61,707 nt of DNA from Basidiobolus meristosporus CBS 931.73. Taxonomy: Eukaryota; Fungi; Basidiobolomycota. Below, piece after piece: positions 1-10,056 of this stretch (position 1 is the stretch's first letter; each line of letters opens with the position of its first letter). The notes under the pieces were generated by a model that was given only the letters and a program-made list of their open reading frames with translations, was not told where the DNA came from and searched no databases. Location: assembly GCA_002104905.1 (NCBI GenBank), contig MCFE01000529.1, forward strand, positions 1-61,707, given 5' to 3'. Made by a program: the position numbers and the translations under genes.

Positions 1-811
1 GGAATATTTCCTTCAATAACTCACTTCTGCCTCAACCTTCCTCTTACAGCTACCTTGGACTCCCAACTTGTCAAAGTGGTATTTCTTGGGCAGCTTACAC
101 TGAAAAGTGTATTCAAAGGGCTTCTGCCACTTTGAGATTCCTACAGCTCAAAGGGGCCAGATGGCATCCTCTGATTAGGCTACAGCTATTCAAGGCCTTT
201 GTGAGGTCATCTTGGGTGTATGCTGCTCCTATGATGTGTTTGGCTGCTGATCCTGACCTCATTACCAAGCTACAAGCTCTGCAGCAAGAAGCTATTGGCT
301 GGGTAGTCAATGCTTCTGAGTACCATTCTAGGCAATATCAGAGGCTTATACATAGTCTGACTGGTATTGAGGCTGTGCCAATCAGATTTGAGACTTTAGG
401 TATCAGATTTGGGCAGCACAATGCAAAAGCATCACCCAATAATCCTTTGAAGATCTTAGTCAATAAGATTACTAACAACTTAGTCCAAGCCACCCCAAAG
501 TCATTGGTGAGATAGAAGATACACTTTCCTGATGGTTATAGAGATTATCTGGCCTCCAACAGTGCCAAGCCACCCCAAAGTCATTGGTGAGATAGAAGAT
601 ACACTTTCCTGATGGTTATAGAGATTATCTGGCCTCCAACAGTGCCAAGCCACCTAGAGAGCATATTCCTCTCTCTGTAGCAATGCATAAAAGGAAGCTG
701 GAGAATATCTCCAGAGTTACTAGCTCAAAGGACAGAGTTGGACTTATTTCTCATGAGAGTAGACATTCCCATAGTGGAGCAGACATATCCCTTTACATCA
801 GGAGTTCCTTC
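1..811 (+). mobile_element. Non-LTR retrotransposon (LINE family 'A'), end of RT plus C-terminal region; begins before the window and continues after the copia insertion
   Basis: Frame open from nt 3 to 515 reads NISFNNSLLPQPSSYSYLGLPTCQSGISW...RFLQLKGARW...LQLFKAFVRSSWVY. The YxYLG motif fits RT domain 7 and the rest fits a post-RT thumb region. The remnant GLISHESRHSHSGADISLYIRSS runs up to the copia LTR at 812. Confidence 0.75.
485..654. repeat. 80-bp direct tandem duplication (about 2.1 copies) inside the LINE
   Basis: CCAAGCCACC recurs at 485, 565 and 645, and the two intervening 80-mers are identical. Confidence 0.95.
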
Positions 812-1160
812 TGTTGTAAGAGTCTTGGAGATATTGGAAGTGATTTGGAGAACAAGTAGATTATGTGGTTTTCACTTAATGATTTATTGAATGTAAAAGT
901 AGTATTTATACTTTTACATGGTCTTGGCATTGCAAACACGTAGAGAAGGTTAAGGAAGGTCCCAAGAACATGTGTGCAAAGTTTGGGGCTGTTTGGACAA
1001 CTTTGAGAATTTTCATGTTCTGGGTACCTGGTATTTTGGTGAAAATATTCTAAGTAAATCCCGACAAGGAATTTGGTCAGTATTCTCTAGGATCTGAAGG
1101 TGATGATCTGAGTGACTAAGTTAGGTGAATATTTAGGTGGAAAATACGAACTTTTACAAC
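812..1160 (-). repeat. copia 3' LTR (349 bp)
   Basis: Matches 5148-5497 by eye except for one A in GGTGGAAA(A)TACG. Confidence 0.97.
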
Positions 1161-1172
1161 ACTCCCACTCAG
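1161..1172 (-). other. copia polypurine tract
   Basis: Minus strand CTGAGTGGGAGT lies between the pol stop and the 3' LTR. Confidence 0.8.
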
Positions 1173-4100
1173 CTAAATGTTCATACTGACTAGTCCTAAT
1201 TTTGACCTAAGATATTCAAACTTGTCTCTAGCTAATGGTTTGGTAAATATGTCTGCAATCATTTCATCTGTAGGACAGTAAACTAAGCTAACTAAGTTAT
1301 TCTCTATAGCTTCACGTATGAAATGATGTCTAATATCTATGTGCTTGGTTCTAGCATGAAAAGTTGGATTTCTACCTAATTGTATACATCCTTGATTATC
1401 TTGAAATAAAGTAATAGGCGTTTTTTGACATAGGCCTAAATCTGTAAAGAGCTTTCTTAACCACATTGCTTCTTTTGTAGCTTCACAGGCTGCCATATAC
1501 TCTGCCTCTGTAGTAGAAAGTGCTACGGTTGGTTGCTTTCTTGAATTCCATGAAATGGCTCCTTTACAGTAGAGAAAGGTGTATCCTGTGGTGGATCTTC
1601 TGTCTTCTAAATTTCGTCCCCAATCAGCATCAGAGTATCCCACAAGATCCTGTTCTGAATCCTTATAAGTGTATCTTAAGCAGATATCAGCAGTTCCTTT
1701 TAGGTATCTAAAAATCCGCTTAACTGCTGCAATATGATCAGATCCATAATTCTGATTATGTTGGCTGACAACTCCCACTGAATATGAGATATCTGGACGT
1801 GTTCCAAGCATGATATACATCAGACTGCCGACCATAGATTGATAAGGAAAGTCAGGGCTTTCAGATGGCACCAAGCTCTCTTGATTTGGTTGAGTTTTGA
1901 CCAAGTTAAGGTTTGTCTCCATTGGGGTAGCTGCCGGTTTACAGTCTTCCATTTTGTACTTCTTTAGTATATCTTGAATATACTTGGATTGGCTTAGGGT
2001 AATAGTCTGGGTACTTCTGTCTATGGAGAACTTAATCCCTAAGTAGTAACTAAGTTCTCCTAGATCGGACATCTTGAACTCCTTAGATAGGCTGGATTTA
2101 GTCTCTTCCAATGTTTCTAGGTTATTGGCGGCTATAATAAGATCATCCACATATAGAGCTAATAGAACTGGATTTGCCCTATCTGGCTTATAGTATATAC
2201 TATAGTCAGCATTACTCCTTTTGAAACTCAAAGATTCCAAATAAGAATCTATCTTGCAATTCCAGGCTCTCGGTGATTGTTTGAGACCATATAGTGACTT
2301 TTTAAGCTTGCAGACCAAATGGGGGTTATCTTGGTCAACAAACCCATCAGGCTGGTCCATATACACGTCCTCATCAAGTTCTCCATTCAAAAATGCAGTT
2401 TTTACATCCATTTGATGAATAAAAAACTTATATTTGGCTGCAATAGCCAATATTAATCTGATGGAATTAAACTTGGCTACCGGTGCAAAGGTCTCAGTAT
2501 AGTCAAGTCCTTTTGTTTGAGAGTATCCTTTGGCTACAAGTCTTGCTTTGTATCTTTCAATTGTACCATCAGCCTTGTACTTTGTCTTGAAGACCCATCT
2601 GCATCCAATTGATTTTCGGTTGATTGGTAATTTGACTAAGTCCCAAGTTTGATTTTCCATCAGGGCCTGATATTCCTCAGTCATTGCAGATCTCCAAAAC
2701 TTCGTCTGAGGGCTATTTAGGGCCTCTTTTACAGTCTGGGGTTCATCAATATGGACTGAATAGGCATAGGCTAAGTTTGTACCCTCATTAATATAGTAAT
2801 TTGGGCTATTTCTTTTCCGATTTGATCTCCGGGCATTTGATACTGGAATGATCACTTCTGGGATATTCCTGGGCACTGATTCTGGCTGAACCACGGTTGT
2901 AGAGTCCTCTGGAGTGAAAAAATTTTCATTGTTTTGCTCTGATTCAATCCTGACAATTGGTGGACTTGAGATCAAATTTTTGTCATCATCTGATGTCATT
3001 TTTTGTGAAAATTTTGAATTTTCATCAAACAACACATCCCTGGACTTGATAAGCTTCTTTGCTTCGGTATTGTAGAGTCTGTATGCCTTACTCTCATTGC
3101 AGTAGCCCAAAAATATGCATTTTACACTTTTTGGCTCAAATTTTGACTGATTTCCGGCCAGTTTTTTGGCATATGCTGTACACCCAAATATTCTTAGATG
3201 TTCTGCACTTGGTCTGTGTCCATACCATGCTTCAAATGGAGTAGAATCACGAAGTATTCTGTTATAACTCCTATTTTTAAGATATACAGCAGTGGCAACT
3301 GATTCCGCCCAAAAATCATAGGATAATTTTTGATCATGGATCATAGATCTTGCCATATCAATTATTGATCTGTTAGCTCGTTCTGCTACTCCATTTTGCT
3401 GTGGGGAGTATGGTACAGTAGTCTCTTGCTTTATCCCATGAATTTTGCAGAAGTGGATGAAGAGTTTTGAGGTATATTCTCCACCATTGTCAGAGCGTAT
3501 TTTCTTGATTTTTTCACCAGTTTCTCTCTCCACCATGGCTTTAAACTCCCTGAGCTTAGACAGAGCTTCTTCCTTTCTCTCCATGAAGTAGACCCATGTG
3601 TATCTTGTATAATCATCAATAAAAGTGATTAAATACTTCATCCCGCCTAAGGATAAATTTTGCATAGGTCCACACAGATCTGAGTGAATTAGATCTAATT
3701 TTTTCTTAGTTTTGATTAACCCAGAGCTCTTGAACGGTTGTCTGGCTTGTTTCCCATATATGCAGGCTTCACAGTGCTCCAAATTAGCTGGGGGATCAAT
3801 TTTCACTCCAGAAATTAGCTGATCTTTGATCATTTTGCGCAAATAATCAAAATTGATGTGTCCAAATCTCCTGTGCCAAAGCATTGGTGTTTCTTCATTT
3901 AAGTTACTTATATTGGCTTCCAGATATGATGGAATATAAGTCAACTTGTATAGGTTCTGATCTCTGATGCCCGAAGCAATATGAGCACCATTTTGATCAG
4001 TGATCCTGCATCCAGAATTGTCAAAACTGAAACTGAGTCCTTCTGCTGTGGCCTTGCTTACAGAGAGTAGGTTCTTGGCTATTTCTGGTACATAGAGTAC

Positions 4101-5116
4101 TTCTTTAAAGGTCAGTGTATGGCTTCCTTCACTGCTTCTAAGGTTTACTTGGATAGTTCCTTCTCCCACTGCATCAAGTGTTCTATTGTCACCCATGAAA
4201 ACCTTCTTAATTGGAATTTCTTGATATTGGGTAAAAAGTTCTTTTTGGTGTGTAAAGTGTTGAGAAGCTCCAGAGTCAATATACCACGTCTGAGAATCCT
4301 TGTTTGTGGTCATATTTAGTGCAGATATGAATAGTCTATCTTCAGTTGTTGCAGCATTTCCATATTCAGGCTTCTTTTGCTGATAATCTCTCTTTTTGAA
4401 ACACCGGTCTGATGTGTGTCCTTTCCTTTTGCAGTAGTTGCAAAATAGGTTGCTGTTGCCTTTGTAGGGTCTTGGGTACCTCCTTTGTTGGTTATCATTG
4501 CTTATTAAAGCATTTTCTTCTTCCTTCTTATTGGCGCTTGATTTTCTTAATTCTTCATCCAGGAGCCTTCCATATACGTAATTTAAGGTCAAATCTTCAG
4601 TTCTGGACTCTAGGGCTGATACAAGGCCCTGAAACTCGTCTGTCAGGCTATTCAGGATGGTAACTATCACATCCTCATCAGTAGTTGGTACGCCCACAGA
4701 TTCCATCTCATCTACCAGCAGGGTAATTCTGTTAATTAGATTTTTCATTTCTTCTCCTGGCAGCATCTTTGTAGTAAAGAATTTTCTTCTCAGATACATT
4801 TTCTTGGCAGCTGAACATGACTGGTAGGTGTCTTCTAATGCCTTCCAGGCATTCTTTGCCGTTTTTGCTCTTGAGCATTGAATTAGCAATTTGTCCTTGA
4901 CATTAAGGCAAATGCAGTTAAAGGCACTTTGTTCTTTCTTCTGGTACTTTAAGGCTTCCTCTCCCACGTTTTTAGGAGGGCATTCTTCTCCCATGACAAT
5001 ATCCCAAAGGCCTCTTTCTTGCAGCAGCATCTTCATCTTCACCTTCCACACTTGGTAGTTAGATCCATCCAACTTTTCAGCAGAGGAAAAATTCCAGTAA
5101 TAGCAGTAGTAGACAT
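1173..5116 (-). CDS. copia Gag-Pol polyprotein (about 1300 aa); 1-nt frameshift between the ATG at 5116 and the main frame (first in-frame ATG at 5036)
   Basis: Motifs seen: KLDGSNY..W (gag N-terminus), zinc knuckle CNYCKRKGHTSDRC, protease WYIDSGASQH, WHRRFGH and CEAC, integrase HSDLCGP/FIDDYTR/RSDNGGEY/NGVAER, RT HQMDVKTAFLNG/YGLKQSPRAW/LYVDDL, RNase H GYSDADW/IADIFTKPL. Confidence 0.97.
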
Positions 5117-5130
5117 TGCAGAGAGTGACA

Positions 5131-5147
5131 GCTCGGGGCTCATAACC
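5131..5147 (-). other. copia primer-binding site complementary to the anticodon arm of initiator tRNA-Met (half-tRNA priming)
   Basis: Minus strand GGTTATGAGCCCCGAGC directly abuts the LTR. Its complement GGGGCTCATAACC matches the initiator-tRNA anticodon arm, the primer type used by Ty5 and Drosophila copia. Confidence 0.85.
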
Positions 5148-5497
5148 TGTTGTAAGAGTCTTGGAGATATTGGAAGTGATTTGGAGAACAAGTAGATTAT
5201 GTGGTTTTCACTTAATGATTTATTGAATGTAAAAGTAGTATTTATACTTTTACATGGTCTTGGCATTGCAAACACGTAGAGAAGGTTAAGGAAGGTCCCA
5301 AGAACATGTGTGCAAAGTTTGGGGCTGTTTGGACAACTTTGAGAATTTTCATGTTCTGGGTACCTGGTATTTTGGTGAAAATATTCTAAGTAAATCCCGA
5401 CAAGGAATTTGGTCAGTATTCTCTAGGATCTGAAGGTGATGATCTGAGTGACTAAGTTAGGTGAATATTTAGGTGGAAAATACGAACTTTTACAACA
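5148..5497 (-). repeat. copia 5' LTR (350 bp)
   Basis: Near-identical to 812-1160, with TG...CA ends. Confidence 0.97.
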
Positions 5498-5975
5498 CCT
5501 ATCTTTGCCTTCCAGGCCATAAGGTGGAGGATGAACACACTTTGCTTGGGTTCCAAGTGCCCCTACTGTAGCTGGTATTTTTACTACTCTCATGTAGAGA
5601 GCTGCTTTGGTTCAAAGATACCCAATCTTTGTTCCAATTTCACAAACAAAGGGAGCTCATCCAGAGACTTTCTGCTATCATATCTGCAATTAGACCTGAG
5701 CTTCTGCCTTCCTGTGAGATCCCTGCCTTTCAGGAAGTGGTAGTATAGCTCTACACTTTCCCTTAGTGCTTTGCTTTCAAATAACTCCCAGCTTTACTTC
5801 ATTTTCTAGCCTGATTTGTTGACAAATTTCTTTCCAGAACTCAACTCAGCTTGAGCAGTATTTTACCTTCACATTACTATAGATATATCTTCTTTATACA
5901 ATATGCACTTTTCAACTTGAATCAAGTTGAAATAGTATTACTATACTTGATCAGATTCAATAAAAGAATTTAGAC
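5498..5975 (+). mobile_element. 3' end of LINE family 'A': C-terminal Cys/His knuckle plus 3' UTR
   Basis: PIFAFQAIRWRMNTLCLGSKCPYCS..F..SHVESC continues the frame left at 811. It is followed by an AT-rich UTR, AATAAA near 5959 and then CCCTAACCCTAA. Confidence 0.7.
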
Positions 5976-5987
5976 CCCTAACCCTAA
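5976..5987 (+). repeat. Telomere-type repeat (CCCTAA)2 at an inter-element junction
   Basis: Exact CCCTAACCCTAA. Related motifs lie at 6563-6573, 6633-6638 and 8560-8568. Confidence 0.85.
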
Positions 5988-6573
5988 GGTGCATTACCTC
6001 CTTGGTGGCTCATTTGCCTGAATGCCCCTACAGACATGCTATTCTTGGTGCTTTTGGGTTTATGCCCTATAAGATCAGACTTCTCTACCTTAGAACCAGA
6101 TTATACCTCAGACTTCACAACTGCAACAACCCACTGATTAAGGCCTGGAAGAGAACACACCACACTACACCTGGCTCCTGCTGGAGAACTATACTTGGAG
6201 ATCCTGAAGTCAAGAGGTTTGCTCACTATATTCTGCAGTCAGAAAAACCCAAGCTGGCCTACCTGAAGTACTTGACAGACCTTTGGCAGCAATATCTGCA
6301 GCAGCACACTCCCTTTATGATGAATATCAATCCTTATCACATTCCCCTCATTAATGTTGTTCACAAGCCATTCTTACCTCTCTTGCTACCCCCCTTCCCA
6401 CTGAACAGTGTCTTGAGCACTGAAGAACTATCATCACTTCTTATTAACTTACCTACAAATTCCCCTCAGCTACACACTCTTGTATCAAAGCTACAATAGT
6501 AGCGCTGGCTTCTTTGTTTCAACTGAAATAAAGATTTCACCTGTTGGTGACTGTCTCCCCCCCCCTAACCCTA
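5988..6573 (+). mobile_element. 5'-truncated copy of the 3' end of LINE family 'B'
   Basis: Matches 7987-8568 with roughly a dozen differences. ORF 6002-6499 is intact. It ends in a C-run plus CCCTAACCCTA. Confidence 0.93.
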
Positions 6574-6587
6574 GTTAGACTTGTCTG

Positions 6588-6638
6588 AAATCAAATAAAG
6601 ATTTCACCTACTTTGGTGACTTTCCCTCCCCCCCCTAA
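6588..6638 (+). mobile_element. Minimal (~50 bp) 3'-end fragment of LINE family 'B'
   Basis: AAATAAAGATTTCACCT..TTGGTGACT..C-run-CCCTAA repeats the terminus seen at 6526-6568 and 8524-8565. Confidence 0.8.
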
Positions 6639-8568
6639 GAGAAACTCCTCCTGACAGCCATACACCACTCCAAGGCAATTCACCACACTCTGCATACTCA
6701 GCTCTGGGATCATATTATCAGTTCTTTGCCTCTGCACTCTTCCAACTCTATAACAAGAACAGTATCAAGGCTCTACAGGGCAATGAGGCCCTCTTTGAGG
6801 AAGTTACCTTCAACAGAACAGATGGCTAACATCTTTTTCTCTACAAAGCAGTACTCAACTCCTGGCTTTCATCCTGACTTCAAGACTCTGCCCATCCCAC
6901 TTGCACTTGATCAAGGGAGAATCCATAATGTGCTCAAGAGGCTTCCCAAGTCTACTGCTCCAGGTGTGGACACAATCTCCTATGAGCTTCTGAAGACTAG
7001 TACCAAGGCCATGTCTGCACTTCTGCTTCCACTGTTTCAGCAATGCTCAGCCCAGCTTTCTACTCCTGAGGAATGGTCCTTTGCAAGTGTTCTGCCACTG
7101 TACAAGGGTAAAGGAAAGCACCTGGATCCTAGCTCCTACAGGCCAATATCTCTGCTGCCCACCTGCAGAAAGGTGTTTGCGCTTCTGCTTGCTCAGGAGC
7201 TCTACTCTGACCCCCTCAAGTCTCACCCTGCACAGTTTGGCTTTGTTCCTGGCCTCTCCTTGGAACATGCAGTCATACTTAGCCAAGATCACTCTCTCCA
7301 GTGCAAGTATCCCTCTGTTCTGTTTGATATAACTAAGGCCTTTGATTTGGTTGACAGAAATCTGCTTTGATCCAAGTTCCAATGCTTCTCCAGTACATCC
7401 CTCACTCTCCTTGTCAGGTCTCTCTTTCTGGATCCACAAGCAAGAATTCTTCACCCAAGTGAGCAATCAGCTGTGTTCTCAGTTCCTAATGGGGTGGCTC
7501 AAGGCTCTGTGCTTGGCCCTATACTGTTTGCCATCTTCCTGAATGATTTTCCAAGACTCTCAGCTGACTGCCTGGTTACTCTCTTTGCTGATGACATCAG
7601 AATATCCTCCTCCAATGTGCAACAAGACTCCCAGACCATCCACCAGTATCTGCAGAAGAATAATCTCCAGCTTTCCATTGCAAAGACAGTACCTTTGGGC
7701 TCTCCCATCAACTTGGAGAACTCCACTCTATCTGCTCAGGTTTCTGCTACATATCTTGGCTTTCCTTTCCTTCCTACTGGACTAGACTCTGGAGCACACC
7801 TGAAGAAGAGAATTATCCTTGCAAGACAGGCACTCCACAAGCTACTGGCTGTTACTCCTCCTACAACTTCAGCTCCCAGCTGCCTCCTTCTACTCAAGCA
7901 TTTTGTCTTCCATGTCCTGGAATTTGGCTTACAACTACTCTCTCTTACATCTAGAGACTGCACTAAGCTTGACAAGTTTGCAGTATGGTGCATTACCTCC
8001 TTGGTGCCTCATTTGCCTGAATGCCCCTACAGACATACTATTCTTGGTGCTTTTGGGTTTATGCCCTATAAGATCAGACTTCTCTACCTTAGAACCAGAT
8101 TATATCTCAGACTTCACCACTGCAACAACCCACTGATTAAGGCCTGGAAGAGAACACACCGCACTACACCTGACTCCTGCTGGAGAACTATACTTGGAGA
8201 TCCTGAAGTCAAGAAGTTTTCTCACTATATTCTGCAGTCAGAAAAACCCAAGCTGGCCTACCTGAAGTACTTGACAGACCTTTGGCAGCAATATCTGCAG
8301 CAGCACACTCCTTTATGATGAATATCAATCCTTATCACATTCCCCTCATTAATGTTGTTCACAAGTCATTCTTACCTCTCTTGCTACCCCCCTTCCCACT
8401 GAACAGTGTCTTGAGCACTGAAAAACTATCATCACTTCTTGTTAACTTACCTACAAATTCCCCTCAGCTACACACTCTTGTATCAAAGCTACAAAAGTAG
8501 TGCTGGCTTCTTTGTTTCAACTGAAATAAAGATTTCACCTGTTGGTGACAGTCTCCCCACCTAACCCT
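6639..8568 (+). mobile_element. LINE family 'B', 5'-truncated: non-LTR reverse transcriptase pseudogene (one TGA at 7368-7370, frameshift near 8315); no endonuclease present in this copy
   Basis: Motifs STAPGVDTI, W..ASVLPLYKGKG, YRPISLL..CRK, QFGFVPG, FDITKAFDLVDR, GVAQGSVLGPILF, LFADD and YLGFP. ORFs 6726-7370 and 7473-8318 are in the same frame. Confidence 0.93.
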
Positions 8569-8571
8569 TGT

Positions 8572-8835
8572 CTAGGATTTGAAGGTAATGATCTAGGTGA
8601 CTAAGTCAAGTGAGTATTTAGGTGGGATTCCAAATTCTTACAACACCAAGAACCTGTGTGCAAAGTTTAGGGCTGTTTGGACAACTTGTCTAATTATTAT
8701 ATTCTGTGTACCTGACATTTTGGTGAGAGTATTATAAGTTGATCCAAGGAGTTTGGTCAGTATTCCCTAAGATATATAGTTAATGATATAAGTGATCAAG
8801 CTGAGTGAATATTTAGGTGGTATTACAAATTTTTG
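8572..8835 (-). repeat. Two diverged, truncated fragments of the copia LTR family
   Basis: 8572-8645 resembles 1087-1160 (ends TTACAACA). 8646-8835 resembles 962-1160. Confidence 0.8.
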
Positions 8836-9326
8836 AGCAGTAAAGTGGGCAACTGAGGATATATCAGAGGTCTAAGGTAGCAATGTTACTGTTGATGGGA
8901 TCATCACAATTGATGTTTAAAGGGATACTGAAACTGGGCCTAGGGACTTATTTTGGTCTATATGGTATAGGATTGGGTTACATCTGATGTATCAGAGGAA
9001 ATTATTTATTCAGTTTGCATCAGAAGTAATAGCACCAGTACCAAATATTAAGCAAGGACCAACAGAATTCCATGGTAATATCATCAGGACTCCAATTTTC
9101 TATCAGCTTACAACCATCAGTACATCAGGTTCTAGTTATTTGGCAGACTAAAGACATATTTGCTAGGATGAGATTAGGATTCATAATGTTCATATCAGGT
9201 TTAGTAATTAGTTACTGACTACTTCTACAAATATTTATAACCAAATTTTTGAAGGAAAAACAATTGAATGCCAGTGAAATACTATCAGAACACCAGCAGA
9301 TCATCAGATGAATTCCAAGTTTTGGG

Positions 9327-9338
9327 TTTTTCATAGGG
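9327..9338. repeat. Isolated CMC-like terminal motif (TTTTTCATAGGG) ending a CpG-poor segment
   Basis: Reverse complement of the CCCTATGAAAAA terminus of the CMC family. The adjacent sequence aligns poorly to that family. Confidence 0.35.
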
Positions 9339-9591
9339 AAATGAAAAAAGGGTAGGTATATCACGGACTAAAACACAGAGTTTTGAATCTGATATTATCA
9401 CCCTTTGAATTGTATAATGATTAGTGAATAATCAGTAAATTTGGAAGTAAGCCCACGGAACCTACATCAGTGCTAGTGATGAGTACAAAATTTGAACAAC
9501 ATAGTGCATTTATTTTTGAGTAAAAATATTGGTATTCCTCAGAGGATACAGCAAATCATGGGGTGATTATTTACACTACGCACCATGAACC

Positions 9592-10056
9592 CTAACGCCT
9601 GAACACTTCAAGAAGGATGACTCCAAAGCCAATAGTTGATAAAACGGTTCTCACGAAATGCTTTTCGCCCCAGGACTTCATCAGGGTATCAACGTTTGAG
9701 TTATTATCGGTCGACTTGATGGAGAGAAGAGTCTCATTAATTGGCATGATACTGCACATGGTGTAGCCAACAACAGATGCGAACAGGCCGGCTGGGATCA
9801 GGTATACTTGCTGCTTAGTGAGATAGCTTACGCCAGCGGAAGTGGCCACACAGGTTACAGCAAGAAAGGCCTGCATCTTAGCTGCTCTCGGGTAGAAGAC
9901 TTTGAATTGAGCGACCTTTTCTTTGGGAGAAGCAATCATCTGAGCAGGTTGCTGTGCTAAGGTGATGTAGAGTGCAGCCCCGGCAAAGAGGCCAGACGAT
10001 CCAAGGCTGGCAGCCTTAAGAACTCTGAGTAGATCAATGGCGTCGAAGTTGGACAT
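9592..10056 (-). CDS. DUF1772 / anthrone-oxygenase-like small membrane protein (154 aa, intronless)
   Basis: SGLFAGAALYITL..QPA, F..FYPRAAKMQ, IMPINETLL and W...HFVRT match the family pattern. Four hydrophobic segments and CpG-normal composition. Confidence 0.85.
   Translation of the reverse strand: MSNFDAIDLLRVLKAASLGSSGLFAGAALYITLAQQPAQMIASPKEKVAQFKVFYPRAAKMQAFLAVTCVATSAGVSYLTKQQVYLIPAGLFASVVGYTMCSIMPINETLLSIKSTDNNSNVDTLMKSWGEKHFVRTVLSTIGFGVILLEVFRR

Larger units (their letters stand above)
812..5497 (-). mobile_element. Full-length, very young Ty1/copia LTR retrotransposon (4.7 kb)
   Basis: Two LTRs with TGTTGTAA...TTACAACA termini, a PBS, a PPT and a gag-PR-IN-RT-RNaseH ORF in copia order. 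Flanks CCTTC/CCTAT give only an imperfect TSD. Confidence 0.98.

Noticed and set aside
6855-7993. Minus-strand ORFs over the LINE RT (e.g. 7047-7466)
   Set aside because: Antisense shadows of the + strand RT frame with no motifs of their own.
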